Origin: a virus
Taxonomy: Duplodnaviria; Caudoviricetes
Strand: one strand, 5' to 3'
Length of the DNA stretch: 64,000 nt
Virus record (IMG/VR): IMGVR_UViG_3300020577_007535
Span: 1,401 to 65,400 of that record
Each line of letters begins with the position of its first letter. Positions within the stretch are counted from its first letter, which is position 1. Positions 25,647 to 35,285 of the stretch are shown here, piece after piece. A model generated the notes under the pieces. That model saw only the letters and a list, made by a program, of their open reading frames with translations, was not told the DNA's origin and did not search any database. A program made the translations under genes and the position numbers.

Positions 25647-27431
25647 ATGTCAAGGATTTCCGAGTTTCTGGGCGCGATCAACCCCTTCGCCCCTCCCGAG
25701 CCCCGCATCGACCTGGACGCCATCGTGCCAGGCAGCGCCGCGATCCCGGTGTCCTATGGCGAGGCGATGCAGCTGATGGTGCGCCCCCCCGCGGCCGAAC
25801 CGTATGCCGGCGGGAGCATGCAGGAGGACCCGGGCGAAGCGCTCATGGCGCTGTTCCAGGAGCCGGGGGCGCTGCACGCCATCGAGCCGCCGCTGGATGT
25901 CAAGGACGCCAGGCCCAAGCCGGCGGAGGGCGAGTACAGGCAGCTGCCCTACCTGTCCATGTGGCCGACCTTCGGCGATCAGCCGACCTGGAAGCCTCCG
26001 CTTGCGCGCAAGGCGATCAACGCCATGGACGCCGGCGACTTCCAGATGGCGGGGCTGCTCATGGAGGAGCTGCAGAAAGACGACGCCAACTACCACGGCC
26101 TGCGCACCCGCACCATCAACCTGTTCACGCTCAAGCAGCGGATCATCCCGAGCAAGCGCCGCGGCGGCAAGCGCGCCGCCCGCATCTTCGCGCAGCACCG
26201 AAACATCATCTTTCCGACGGGCGTGCTCCGGGAGGCGATGAAGTACCTGTATCACTTCCGCTTCGCCATCCTCGAGATCGTGAACGTCAAGGTCCGAAAC
26301 CCAGACGGCGACCCGCCCTACTGGGACATCCCACAGCTGAAGGCCTGGCACCCGAGCTTCATCTACTGGCGGACCAACTTCGGCAGCGAACTGGCGCAGT
26401 ACGGTGGAGATCAGAACGGCGGCAACTACGTCATCATCACCCAGGACGGCCCGGTGGATCTGGTGGGTGAGAACGCCCCCGGGGCAGGTCGCTTCGTCAT
26501 GCTCAACGCCGGCGGCTCGCGCCCGTGGCTCGACGGCATGATCCGGCCGCTGTGGAACCCGGTGCTCCGCCGGATCTATACCCGCGTCTTTCACGCGCGC
26601 TTCGAGGAGCGGCACAGCCTCGGCATCATCAAGGTCCGCTTCCCAACCTACATGGGAGGCGAGTCGGCGGACTGGAAGCACTTCCAGGAGTCCTTGCGGA
26701 CCATGGGCAGCAACGGCGTGCTGATGTGCCCCCGCGACAAAGAGAACCCCGAGACGGGGATCGACGCCGACTTTATCGGGCCGCCGAACGCCGCCGCGCT
26801 CCAGAGCTTCGACCTGTCCAAGAAAGAGCAGGACCTGGACATCTACACGCTCTGGCTCGCGCAGAGTCTGACCACCGCGGCCGGCGAGAACGGCGGCTCA
26901 CACGCTGCCGTCATCGGCCAAGGCGGCAAGGAAGACACGCTCGCCCGGGATGACTCGCTCACCATCTCCGACGCGCAGATCGAGTGGTATCCCTCGCCCG
27001 AAGAGGTGGACAACGGCGCCGAGCGCTGGCACATGGTCCCGTCTGACGGTCCGCTGCGCACCCAGGTCTGGCGGTACTTCGCCTATCACAACTTCGGAGA
27101 CCCAGACCTGGCGCCCTACTTCCTGTTCGACGCGACGCCGGACGAGCAGCGCAAGGAAGCCGCGGACCTGAAGAAGACCGCTGCCCAGACGCAGCAGTCC
27201 CGAGCTCTGGCCGCGCAGCAGATGGGCAACGCGATCGCCGACCTGCAAAAATATAAGACGGTCCAGTACGACCCGGCGCACATGTTCAAGCAGATCGGCA
27301 TCACGCTGATGCCCGAGCCCGAAGACCTCGACCCGCACGACGACATCGGCGTCATGCGCGCGGTCAAGGCCCTGCTCGCCAAGCGCCGGCAGCGCAAGAC
27401 CACCCGCGCCGCCCGAGCTGCTGCAGAGTGA
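25647..27431 (+). CDS. Portal protein (DUF935 / Mu gp29-like)
   Basis: 594 aa; MEELQKDDANYHGLRTR, HARFEERHSLG, LWLAQSLTT patterns; precedes a Mu-like protease and capsid. Confidence 0.8.
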   Translation: MSRISEFLGAINPFAPPEPRIDLDAIVPGSAAIPVSYGEAMQLMVRPPAAEPYAGGSMQEDPGEALMALFQEPGALHAIEPPLDVKDARPKPAEGEYRQLPYLSMWPTFGDQPTWKPPLARKAINAMDAGDFQMAGLLMEELQKDDANYHGLRTRTINLFTLKQRIIPSKRRGGKRAARIFAQHRNIIFPTGVLREAMKYLYHFRFAILEIVNVKVRNPDGDPPYWDIPQLKAWHPSFIYWRTNFGSELAQYGGDQNGGNYVIITQDGPVDLVGENAPGAGRFVMLNAGGSRPWLDGMIRPLWNPVLRRIYTRVFHARFEERHSLGIIKVRFPTYMGGESADWKHFQESLRTMGSNGVLMCPRDKENPETGIDADFIGPPNAAALQSFDLSKKEQDLDIYTLWLAQSLTTAAGENGGSHAAVIGQGGKEDTLARDDSLTISDAQIEWYPSPEEVDNGAERWHMVPSDGPLRTQVWRYFAYHNFGDPDLAPYFLFDATPDEQRKEAADLKKTAAQTQQSRALAAQQMGNAIADLQKYKTVQYDPAHMFKQIGITLMPEPEDLDPHDDIGVMRAVKALLAKRRQRKTTRAARAAAE

Positions 27432-27529
27432 TGTTGTAGCCCCGCGGCATTTAGCCTAGAGTCCGTGGTGCCACCCGGCGGACCCTCTTGCCTGGCAAGG
27501 GGCAACGTCACCCAGCTCGTCTGGGACCG

Positions 27530-27570
27530 GCCGCTGCGCAGCGCCTCACCGGCTGCGCAGCGGCTTTTTT
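27530..27570 (+). terminator. Rho-independent terminator after the portal gene
   Basis: GCCGCTGCGCAGC / GCTGCGCAGCGGC 13-bp stem followed by T6. Confidence 0.85.
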
Positions 27571-27670
27571 GTTTGTGCCGCGCGCCTTGACAGCCGGCCG
27601 GGGGCTGTGGTCAGGACATAGAGCACAAGCCACAGCGCCCGCCCATCCACCCCGCCCCAGGAGAGAGATC

Positions 27671-27901
27671 ATGCCGACCGACATCGAGAACGCCGCCCCC
27701 ATCGCCGAAACCCCGCAGGACCTGCGGACGCTCGAACGCACCGCCCCGGCCGACGAGCCCGAGAAGGAAGCCGCGCCGCAGCGCATGGGCCTGACCGAGA
27801 CCGCGCCGGCCGCGCTGCGCAGCCCCCGCCCGCACCTGGGCGCCGCGGGCGTCGTCGTGCCGAACGAGCCGGCCGAGCACGAAGAGGCGCCGCAGAAGTA
27901 G
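27671..27901 (+). CDS. 76-aa acidic Pro/Ala/Glu-rich protein in its own transcription unit
   Basis: TTGACA at 27587, AGGAG SD, flanked by two terminators. Confidence 0.7.
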   Translation: MPTDIENAAPIAETPQDLRTLERTAPADEPEKEAAPQRMGLTETAPAALRSPRPHLGAAGVVVPNEPAEHEEAPQK

Positions 27902-27922
27902 CAGCGCCCCGCGTAAGACTCG

Positions 27923-27960
27923 AGCCCCGCGATGCCGCTCCGGCGCCGCGGGGCTTTTTT
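27923..27960 (+). terminator. Rho-independent terminator
   Basis: AGCCCCGCG...CGCGGGGCT followed by a T run; sits at a convergent gene junction. Confidence 0.85.
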
Positions 27961-28678
27961 AGTTGGAGTAGGTGAGGACCAGGCGCCCGGCGGCGCCGAG
28001 GTAGGCGCGGATGTCATCGGTGCAGATCGTGATGACACCCACGCAGTCTCTGTGCTGGGCAATGACGCCCTCGACTTCGAGAGGGCCGATCGCCTCGGAC
28101 AGTCCCCCGGGGGTGGTGCGGAAAAACTCGCCCCGGTCGTTGCGCTGGATGAGCGGCAGCCCGCGCATGGTCTTGTCGGCCTCGGCCATGATCTGCTGCC
28201 AAGGCATCGCCGCCAGAATCAGCTCGCGCGGGTACGGCGCAACCGGCGGATGGGGATCGAGCAGCGACGCCGCTGCCAGGAGGAACGCGCGCCGGTCCGG
28301 CATCTCCGGCGGCGAGTCCGGGATCGCGCCGGCGAGCGTCCGGAAGAACAGCGCCAGATGGTCGCTGCCCAGCACCTCGTTGACTTCTTTGGGCGCGCGC
28401 TCGAGCGCGGATGCGAGCAGGTCGAGCACCGCGTAAAAGGGCCGATACGAACCGTGCAGCGCCTGGGTGAGCGCGCGCAGCCCAGCGGCCGCTGAGATCC
28501 TGCGGTGATGCAGCTGCTGCTGCACGTAAGTCCCGGCCTCGGGCGGCAGCTCCGCCGGCTCGCCGTGCTCGACCACCCACCCCAGACCCGAGGGGCAGGG
28601 CTTGGGCGACTCGATGGGCTCAAGAAGCCGACCGAATGCCTCGGCGCGCGTCAGGTCGATAAACCGCAGCGAGGGCAT
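27959..28678 (-). CDS. Hypothetical protein
   Basis: 239-aa ORF coupled to 28678-29049 by a TGATG overlap. Confidence 0.65.
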   Translation of the reverse strand: MPSLRFIDLTRAEAFGRLLEPIESPKPCPSGLGWVVEHGEPAELPPEAGTYVQQQLHHRRISAAAGLRALTQALHGSYRPFYAVLDLLASALERAPKEVNEVLGSDHLALFFRTLAGAIPDSPPEMPDRRAFLLAAASLLDPHPPVAPYPRELILAAMPWQQIMAEADKTMRGLPLIQRNDRGEFFRTTPGGLSEAIGPLEVEGVIAQHRDCVGVITICTDDIRAYLGAAGRLVLTYSN

Positions 28679-29049
28679 CAGCCGGCCGCCTTATCGGTGG
28701 GTTTGTCGCTGCGGCCCTTCTTGACCGAGTCGTACCAGGCGACGAGCTTGTTTGCGGCGTCTTCGTTGAGATGCTCGGGGACGAGCACCGCGAACGGCGT
28801 GATGACGCCCGAGTTGATGTTGACCGCCTCGACGGTCAGGCCGCGATACTCGCGCTTGATCGCCCACAGCGCCCCGAAGCGCGCCTGGTTCTCGGGGACG
28901 GGGTTATGCCGCATGATAATCTGCCGCAGGTTCGTCTGCGTCGTTTCCCAGCGGATCTGTGCCACCTCCTCTGGCGTCTTGGCGGGAGGCGCGGCCTGCT
29001 GCTGGGCGGGCTGCTGGGACTGCTGCTTTGACTGCTGCTGAGCGCTCAT
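28678..29049 (-). CDS. Hypothetical protein
   Basis: AGGAG SD; the ATGA overlaps the RHH gene stop. Confidence 0.65.
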   Translation of the reverse strand: MSAQQQSKQQSQQPAQQQAAPPAKTPEEVAQIRWETTQTNLRQIIMRHNPVPENQARFGALWAIKREYRGLTVEAVNINSGVITPFAVLVPEHLNEDAANKLVAWYDSVKKGRSDKPTDKAAG

Positions 29050-29288
29050 TTCTTGCTCCTGGCCGGCGCTGCCGGCGGGTGAACGGTCTTTCGACCGGGT
29101 AAGCGGATCGCCCGGGGGTAGTTGATGCCCTCACGAGCGCAGAAGTCCGCGATTGCGTCTCGGACGATATCCGCGTGCGTCTTGTTGTCGCCAGTGCGGC
29201 GCCGGTACGCGGCGATGGCCGATTCGTAGGCTTTGCCCTCCGGGACCGTCAGCAGCACCGGGGGCAGGCGGGGGGTTTTGATAGACAC
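29046..29288 (-). CDS. Ribbon-helix-helix (CopG/Arc-like) DNA-binding protein
   Basis: VLLTVP strand, then KAYESAIAAYRRR and THADIVRDAIADF helices. GTG start 7 nt after TACGCT, with TTGTGT-17 nt-TACGCT upstream. Confidence 0.65.
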   Translation of the reverse strand: MSIKTPRLPPVLLTVPEGKAYESAIAAYRRRTGDNKTHADIVRDAIADFCAREGINYPRAIRLPGRKTVHPPAAPARSKK

Positions 29289-29316
29289 GGGGCGCAGCGT
29301 AGCTCTGTTGAGCTGC

Positions 29317-29337
29317 TCACACAACATCAGTGTGTGA
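29317..29337. promoter_or_regulatory. Inverted repeat TCACACA-N7-TGTGTGA between the RHH gene and the head operon
   Basis: Perfect 7-bp inverted repeat overlapping the -35 of the RHH promoter. Confidence 0.55.
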
Positions 29338-29399
29338 CATCTGTGCAGCCCGCCCAACAGCTTGATCGGGGAATCCCTTGACTGTCCACTTGATGAGCC

Positions 29400-31304
29400 A
29401 TGGACATCGCCCAGACAGCACTGCTACCGCCGGACGTCCAGTTCGCGCTGTGCGACATCTCGGCGACGCCCAACATCGGACGGGCCTACACCTACGCCCC
29501 GATCCTCGCCAAGGACGGCGCCGACGAGGTGGAGCCCCCGACCGAGATCTTGCTGTGGCGCGCGGGCATCACCAAGACCACCAAGGGCAACTTTCTCCTC
29601 GACGACAAGGCCCTTGCGGCCGTCTGGGCGGACTGGCAGCAGCGCATGGGGGGCGTCGTCTCCCCGAGCGGCGCCGGTCCGGGGTCGTTTGACTACGACC
29701 ACGACGAATGGAATCCGAACCTCCCCGGGTACATGAAGCTGTCCGCGGGGTCTTTTGACCTCGGCAAGGACGGCAAAGACCTGTGGATGGTCAAGTGCGA
29801 CTTCACCGAGCTCGCGGACGGACAGATCCGCCGCAAGGAGAAGCGCAGCACCTCGCCCGCCTTTGATTTCGACCCGAAGACCGGGCGCTTTCTGCGGCTG
29901 TACAACTGCGCGATCACCAACGTCCCGGCGACGCACAAGCAGGCGCTGCTCGCAAGCCTGGGCACCCCGGGCGAGCTGCTGCTGCCCCCGCCCGAGCAGG
30001 CGGCGGATAAGCGCGTGGTGTCCGTCCAGGTCCCGCTGACCTTCGAGATCGATTTCAACGCCGGCCTGGGCGCCGATGCGCTCAAGCAGGCAGTGCTGTC
30101 CGCGGGCGCCGACCTGTGGGCCTCCTGGGCGCAGAGCATCAACCTCGACGCCGCGCAGCCCGCGCCGGCGACCGCTTCGGCTGCAAGCGCGACGCCGGCC
30201 CCGGTGGCGACTCCCGCAACCCCTCCGCCCGCCGAGCCCCCGCCGGCGGTCACGTCCGATAACGCAGCATCTACCCCGGCGGCAGCCTCGGCGCCAGCCG
30301 TCACGACACGGAGCGAAAACATGTGGTACGAGCGACTCGGCCAGGACGAGCTGGTGATGTACGCGATGGGCGAGACCATCGAGCGGCTGTTTCTGAGCGC
30401 CACGCTGGCCAAGAAGTGCAGCGCCGGCAGCGCCGAACAGAAGATGTTCACGGCCCAGATGGACGACGCGGTGAACTTCATGTCCGCGCTGTCGAGCTAC
30501 GCGGCCAAGGTCAGCGTCTCGGCCCCCGAGGCCGTCGTGATGGATATGGACGAGGACGAGACGGAGATGATGTCCGTGCTGTCCGCCGACCATCAGGCCG
30601 TGGTCAAAGCGTGCCTCAAGTTCGGCGCCGTCCGTCCCGCCAAGCAGCTCGCCGGCATCCAGGCGCAGCTCGGCGTGTCGAGCATCACCGGTCTGCGGCC
30701 CGAGATCCTCAGTCTCAAGACCGAGCTCGAAGAGAGCAAGAAAGCTGCTGCCGACGCGGTCAAGCTCGCGACCGACGCCACCAAGCTCGCCAACAGCAAC
30801 ACCGCGGGCGCCTGCCGCGCGCTGGTGGCGCAGCTCCAGAGCGAGAACCTGATGAGCGCCGCGCTCGCGCAGGAGGCGCTGGGGGTCGATCCGGTGACCG
30901 GCAAGCCGCGCATGATCACGCTGAGCGGCGGCAAGAGCATCCCGGCCGATCCGTGGACCATCGGTGAGCTGAGGACCTACGAGGCCAAGGCGCGCGAGCG
31001 GCTCAAGAGCGGCGGCCCCGCCGCGCTGGCGAGCGTCGGCGGCGGCGCTCCGCCCCCGGCGACCGCTTCGGCCGACAAGCCGGCGACCGCTCCGGCGCTC
31101 CCGGCGGGCAGCGATCCCAGCGCGATCGTGACCGAGGAAGAGATCGCGTTCGTCATCGCGGCAGTCGAAGCGAGCGGCGCGTCCTGCACCCGCGAAGAGG
31201 CCGTGCAGCAGCTCAAGGCCAACAAGGCCGGCAAGTTCGGCCCCGAGGCTTCGCGCCTGATCGCGGCCAGCAACGCCGCCAAGCCCGGCAAGACCGCGGC
31301 TTAG
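29400..31304 (+). CDS. Mu-like prohead protease/scaffold (gpI-like)
   Basis: FDYDH, WMVKCDFTELADGQIRRKEKRSTSPAF and AITNVPA in the protease domain; long Ala/Pro-rich helical scaffold region. Confidence 0.85.
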   Translation: MDIAQTALLPPDVQFALCDISATPNIGRAYTYAPILAKDGADEVEPPTEILLWRAGITKTTKGNFLLDDKALAAVWADWQQRMGGVVSPSGAGPGSFDYDHDEWNPNLPGYMKLSAGSFDLGKDGKDLWMVKCDFTELADGQIRRKEKRSTSPAFDFDPKTGRFLRLYNCAITNVPATHKQALLASLGTPGELLLPPPEQAADKRVVSVQVPLTFEIDFNAGLGADALKQAVLSAGADLWASWAQSINLDAAQPAPATASAASATPAPVATPATPPPAEPPPAVTSDNAASTPAAASAPAVTTRSENMWYERLGQDELVMYAMGETIERLFLSATLAKKCSAGSAEQKMFTAQMDDAVNFMSALSSYAAKVSVSAPEAVVMDMDEDETEMMSVLSADHQAVVKACLKFGAVRPAKQLAGIQAQLGVSSITGLRPEILSLKTELEESKKAAADAVKLATDATKLANSNTAGACRALVAQLQSENLMSAALAQEALGVDPVTGKPRMITLSGGKSIPADPWTIGELRTYEAKARERLKSGGPAALASVGGGAPPPATASADKPATAPALPAGSDPSAIVTEEEIAFVIAAVEASGASCTREEAVQQLKANKAGKFGPEASRLIAASNAAKPGKTAA

Positions 31305-31344
31305 CCCCGAGACCATCGATCCAGACACCTAAGGAGGGGCCCCA

Positions 31345-31779
31345 ATGGCTCTCACGAACGATCGCAGCAATCCCGTCGGTAACCCGAACCCGAGCCAGAG
31401 CGGCTCGGTCGCCGCAAACGGCAGCAGCTATGCCGGCGGCCTGGTCGGCGCCAACGCCTCCGGCTACACCACCAAGATTCCGGGCCCGGCGGTCAACAAC
31501 TCCGCCTTCCGCGTCCAGGGCATCGCGCACGAGCGCTTCAGCAATGCGAACGGAGCCAACGGCGCCTTCGTGGTCAAGATCGACCGCCCCACCATCGTCA
31601 CGGGTCTGAAAAACCTGTCGACCGATCCGGTGACCCAGGCCGACCTCGACAATGAAGTCTACATCGAGGACGACGAGACGATCCGGCGCACGAGCAACAC
31701 GAGCACGCGCTGCGGCGGCCTCATCCTCTACCGCATCAACGTCGACGGGACCGTTGACGTCAAGTTCAAGACGCCCTAA
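31345..31779 (+). CDS. Capsid cement/decoration protein (Mu-like)
   Basis: YAGGLVGANASGY...DPVTQADLDNEVYIEDDETI; lies between protease and capsid. Confidence 0.75.
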   Translation: MALTNDRSNPVGNPNPSQSGSVAANGSSYAGGLVGANASGYTTKIPGPAVNNSAFRVQGIAHERFSNANGANGAFVVKIDRPTIVTGLKNLSTDPVTQADLDNEVYIEDDETIRRTSNTSTRCGGLILYRINVDGTVDVKFKTP

Positions 31780-31811
31780 CCGGCACCACCAGTCAGAAGG
31801 GAGCCAAAAAA

Positions 31812-32828
31812 ATGAGTGGAGTACCCAATCTGAGCGTGCCGGTCGAAGGCAATGCCAACGCGCTCATCACCGTTCTCGATACCCGGTTCAACGCCGGGTT
31901 CATTCGCACCCAGGGGCAGACCTGGAGCAAGCTGCTCGCCGACGATGTGAACTACACCAAGGGCAAGACGATCGTCGTGCCCTGGACCGATCCGGCCAAG
32001 CGCTACAGCCGCTACATCGGCGAGTTCATCGTCCAGCCCTGGGTGGTCAATGCCATCCAGACGCAGAGCGAGCCCTGGACGAACAACATCATGTTCGACC
32101 GGGACGCCATCATCGAAAACGTGGTGGCCGAGATCGGTCCGCTCGTCGATTCGCTCGGCGTGCAGTCCGCCAAGCTCCCCGACGACATCGCCGCGCTCGC
32201 GCTGCGCAACGGCGGCAGTTCCAGCATCACGCCCTTCACGTGGTACGACGGCAAGCCTGTCTTCGCCGAGGATCACCCGATCGATCCCAAGGGCTATACG
32301 CCGGGGACCTGGCGGAACCTGTTCAAGGGCCTGCCGCTCACCAACGAGAACGTCACCACCGTGTGGCAGGCGATGTCCAACGGCATCAAGCTGCCGAACG
32401 GCCGCCACGTCCAGTGCCGCCCGAACAGGCTCGGCGTCTCGCCCAAGTACGAGATCCAGGCGCGCAAGATCTGTGAGAATGAGCTCGTCGTGGAAGCCAT
32501 CGCCAGCTCGCTCGTGCCGGCCGGCGCCTTCGCCGCGACGCAGAACCCGATTTGCGGCATGCTCACCCCGGTCATCATGCCGGAGCTCGATGAGACGATC
32601 GAGGGCGTGCCCGGTGAGCCGGACGTCTGGTACCTGTGGGACGACCGGTACATGAAGCCGATGACCATCTACTGGATTCGTCGCCCGAAGGTGACCCCGG
32701 TGGTCTCGGACTCCGACATGCGCGTCAACGAGCTCAACTCGTACGCCTACTGCGGTCGCGCGCACGGCACCGCGATCATCCTGGCCCCCTGGATCATCGC
32801 CCGCGTCGAGCCGGGCCTGGGCCTGTAG
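31812..32828 (+). CDS. Major capsid protein (Mu gpT-like)
   Basis: FDRDAIIE, SAKLPDDIAALALRNG, WYDGKPVFAEDHP, PNRLGVSP, WYLWD, YAYCGRAHG. Confidence 0.88.
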   Translation: MSGVPNLSVPVEGNANALITVLDTRFNAGFIRTQGQTWSKLLADDVNYTKGKTIVVPWTDPAKRYSRYIGEFIVQPWVVNAIQTQSEPWTNNIMFDRDAIIENVVAEIGPLVDSLGVQSAKLPDDIAALALRNGGSSSITPFTWYDGKPVFAEDHPIDPKGYTPGTWRNLFKGLPLTNENVTTVWQAMSNGIKLPNGRHVQCRPNRLGVSPKYEIQARKICENELVVEAIASSLVPAGAFAATQNPICGMLTPVIMPELDETIEGVPGEPDVWYLWDDRYMKPMTIYWIRRPKVTPVVSDSDMRVNELNSYAYCGRAHGTAIILAPWIIARVEPGLGL

Positions 32829-32921
32829 TCCGTCGCGCAGCACAAGCAGTTCTGGTCCCGTTCCCGTTCCTCTATCCCGATGGCCGGCGCCCCCGCGGCG
32901 CCGGTCGTTTAGGAGCATCCG

Positions 32922-33797
32922 ATGTCCTTGATGACGATCTTGCCCATCTCGCCCATCCCGACCTCGGGCCCGGGCGGACTGGGCGGCATCACTCCCGCAA
33001 TCCTGCTGTCCAACACCCGCGGCATCCTCTCGGGCGCAGCGGCCAACGGCAGCGCCACCGTGATGCTGCTCGCCTGGTCGGTGGCGCTCCAGAAGTGGGA
33101 TTACGTCTACGACCCGCAGGGCCCCAACCAGCGCCTCAGCATCACCCCGAGCTCGGGCCCGGGCGGCGCGGAGTCCAAGACGTTCTACAACCCGGCGCCG
33201 ACCTACTACATGGCGATGCTCGGGACGGCGGCGCCCTCGGGCGACGTCAATAACCTCACCGTGGACCTGTCGGCCGCTTCGGGCTCGGATGCCTACAGCC
33301 GGACGCAGATCTGGGCCAAGACGGTCGCGGCCAAGTCCGGCACCGCGATCCACGCGGCCTACGCCGGCAACAACGCGACCAACACGTTCCCCGGTCCCAT
33401 CTCGGCGCCCGACGTGCCGCGCAACCTCTCGGCGGTCGCGCAGGCCAACTACGACGGCGGCGCGCTCACCATCGTCGGAATCAACCAGTTCGACGAGTCG
33501 GTGACCGAGGTGATCACGCCCGTCGCGGCGAGCACCGTCTACGGCACCAAGGTCTTCAAGTCGGTGAGCAGCATCACCAAGGCGGCGGTCGGCGCCAACT
33601 CCGCCACCGTCTCGGTCGGCACGGGCGACGTCATCGGCGTGGACTTCCGCATCGAGAACGTGACGCCCAAGGCGTACGCGCTGTTCGTGTCGCAGGTGGC
33701 CGAGGCCGCGTCGGTGGTCAACCCCACCTACAGCAGCTTCACGCCGAGCACTACGCCCAACTCCCAGGTCTTCACGTTCATCGCCAACCGGGCGTAA
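32922..33797 (+). CDS. Putative virion protein (beta-rich)
   Basis: T/S/A/G/V-rich; AGGAG SD; directly after the capsid gene. Confidence 0.65.
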   Translation: MSLMTILPISPIPTSGPGGLGGITPAILLSNTRGILSGAAANGSATVMLLAWSVALQKWDYVYDPQGPNQRLSITPSSGPGGAESKTFYNPAPTYYMAMLGTAAPSGDVNNLTVDLSAASGSDAYSRTQIWAKTVAAKSGTAIHAAYAGNNATNTFPGPISAPDVPRNLSAVAQANYDGGALTIVGINQFDESVTEVITPVAASTVYGTKVFKSVSSITKAAVGANSATVSVGTGDVIGVDFRIENVTPKAYALFVSQVAEAASVVNPTYSSFTPSTTPNSQVFTFIANRA

Positions 33798-33804
33798 CAA
33801 GACC

Positions 33805-34398
33805 GTGAACCCGACGCTTGACACGCCGCTGCCGAACAACAACCCAGCAACCGCTGGGTCGGCTGGCGCCCTGCAACAAAACCCAGTGGAGCCGGGCGTC
33901 CCGCCTCCGCTGAGTCAGCTCGTGTGGAACGGGCTGGCGCCGCCGAACAACACGTACAACAGCCTCACGTCCAAGCGCCCGATCCTCGTCGCGCGCCTGG
34001 ACGGTCCGTTTCCGACAAGCGGCGTGTGGTTCCCGGACCAGGGGATCGGCAGCGGCACGAGCGTGCAGAGCTCGGCGAACCTCGACGAGGCGGCCGGTCC
34101 GCCGATGCTCTTCGAGTTCCAGGAGATCTCGGACTTCATCCTGACGGTGGCCAACGGCCCATCGTCCGATGAAGAGATCACGATCTGGGTCAAGCCCAAC
34201 GCCACGGGAGTCTGGGAGCCGACGGCGGTCGTCCTGGAACTGCCGACGGGGGATGTGACAGCCGAGACCGCCGCCGGGGTCAAGCTGTCGCTTGTGCGGG
34301 GGGACCAGATCTGCGCGGTGCTCGGGTCGACCGGGGGGTTCTCACCCGGCACCACGCAGCTCTGGGGCGCCATTTGCCCCACCAAAACGCTCACGTAA
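33805..34398 (+). CDS. Putative virion protein
   Basis: In the structural operon; beta-rich. Confidence 0.6.
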   Translation: MNPTLDTPLPNNNPATAGSAGALQQNPVEPGVPPPLSQLVWNGLAPPNNTYNSLTSKRPILVARLDGPFPTSGVWFPDQGIGSGTSVQSSANLDEAAGPPMLFEFQEISDFILTVANGPSSDEEITIWVKPNATGVWEPTAVVLELPTGDVTAETAAGVKLSLVRGDQICAVLGSTGGFSPGTTQLWGAICPTKTLT

Positions 34399-34407
34399 GG
34401 GAGTCCG

Positions 34408-34815
34408 ATGCCTGACTTTTATTCGCCACCGTCTGACCTGTCGTCTCGGCGCAAGCTGCGCGCTACCATGGTTTCAAGCATCGCGATCGGGATGCTCGTC
34501 CGGATCACCAAGTGGCCGACCTCGGCCACGGACACGGGCGATGCGATCGTGTGCCCGGACACCGATGAGCCGCATGCGTTCGTCGAGCAGCCGCTGAGCG
34601 ATGTGGACTCGACGGGCTTTGCCTGCCCGGCCGCGCGGGACTGGTGCCGCGCGCGAGCTGGCGCCGCGTTCGCAGCGGACAAGCCGCTCAAGCTCTCGGG
34701 CGGGCGCCTGGTCGAGGCGACCACCGGCAACACGGCCTACTTCACCTCGATCAAGGCCGCGGCCGCAGCCGATGACCTCGTGCTCGTGCGCTGGACCGGC
34801 AAAACGATCGTCTAG
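34408..34815 (+). CDS. Second capsid cement-like protein (DUF2190-like)
   Basis: RAGAAFAADKPLKLSGGRLVEATTGNTAYFTSIKAAAAADDLVLV pattern. Confidence 0.55.
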   Translation: MPDFYSPPSDLSSRRKLRATMVSSIAIGMLVRITKWPTSATDTGDAIVCPDTDEPHAFVEQPLSDVDSTGFACPAARDWCRARAGAAFAADKPLKLSGGRLVEATTGNTAYFTSIKAAAAADDLVLVRWTGKTIV

Positions 34816-34824
34816 GAGCCCACC

Positions 34825-35277
34825 ATGAGCGGCAGCGGCACGTCTTTTCCCAGCTTCGACCAGCAGCAGGCCGCGTTTTCGTGGGCCTCTGATCAGGTCG
34901 TCAGCGTCTCGGGCGCGGTGACCAATGCCGGCGTCCTGCGCCTGCAGCTGGGACGGCGGCACACGATTGCCGGCACCTCGGATGTGATCGGCGATCGTGA
35001 TGAGTACTGGCGCGTGTGGATCGCCGACGGCGCCGCCAACGCCAACCAGCCGCTGGTGTTCAAGCTGCTCAAGATCGGCGACGCCACGCCGAACGTCGCC
35101 GCCATGACGCCTGGCACCTCGCCGGCCGCGCTCATCGTCAAGTCGAGCGCGCTCGAAATTGCGATCCGGGTCACCGCGCAGCGGCCAGACCTGGCGGTGT
35201 GGTGGGGCAAGTCCGGCGGCACCACCACCATCTACTGCAACCGCTACGCCCCCTATAACTTCCAGCCGGGCGCGTAG
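34825..35277 (+). CDS. Putative virion protein
   Basis: AGGAG SD; in the structural operon. Confidence 0.6.
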   Translation: MSGSGTSFPSFDQQQAAFSWASDQVVSVSGAVTNAGVLRLQLGRRHTIAGTSDVIGDRDEYWRVWIADGAANANQPLVFKLLKIGDATPNVAAMTPGTSPAALIVKSSALEIAIRVTAQRPDLAVWWGKSGGTTTIYCNRYAPYNFQPGA

Positions 35278-35285
35278 GACGAGCC

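Noticed and set aside
32884-32908. Hairpin GGCCGGCGCC/GGCGCCGGTC after the capsid gene as a terminator
   Set aside because: Only a short T run follows; it may be an attenuator or stability element, but support is too weak to list.
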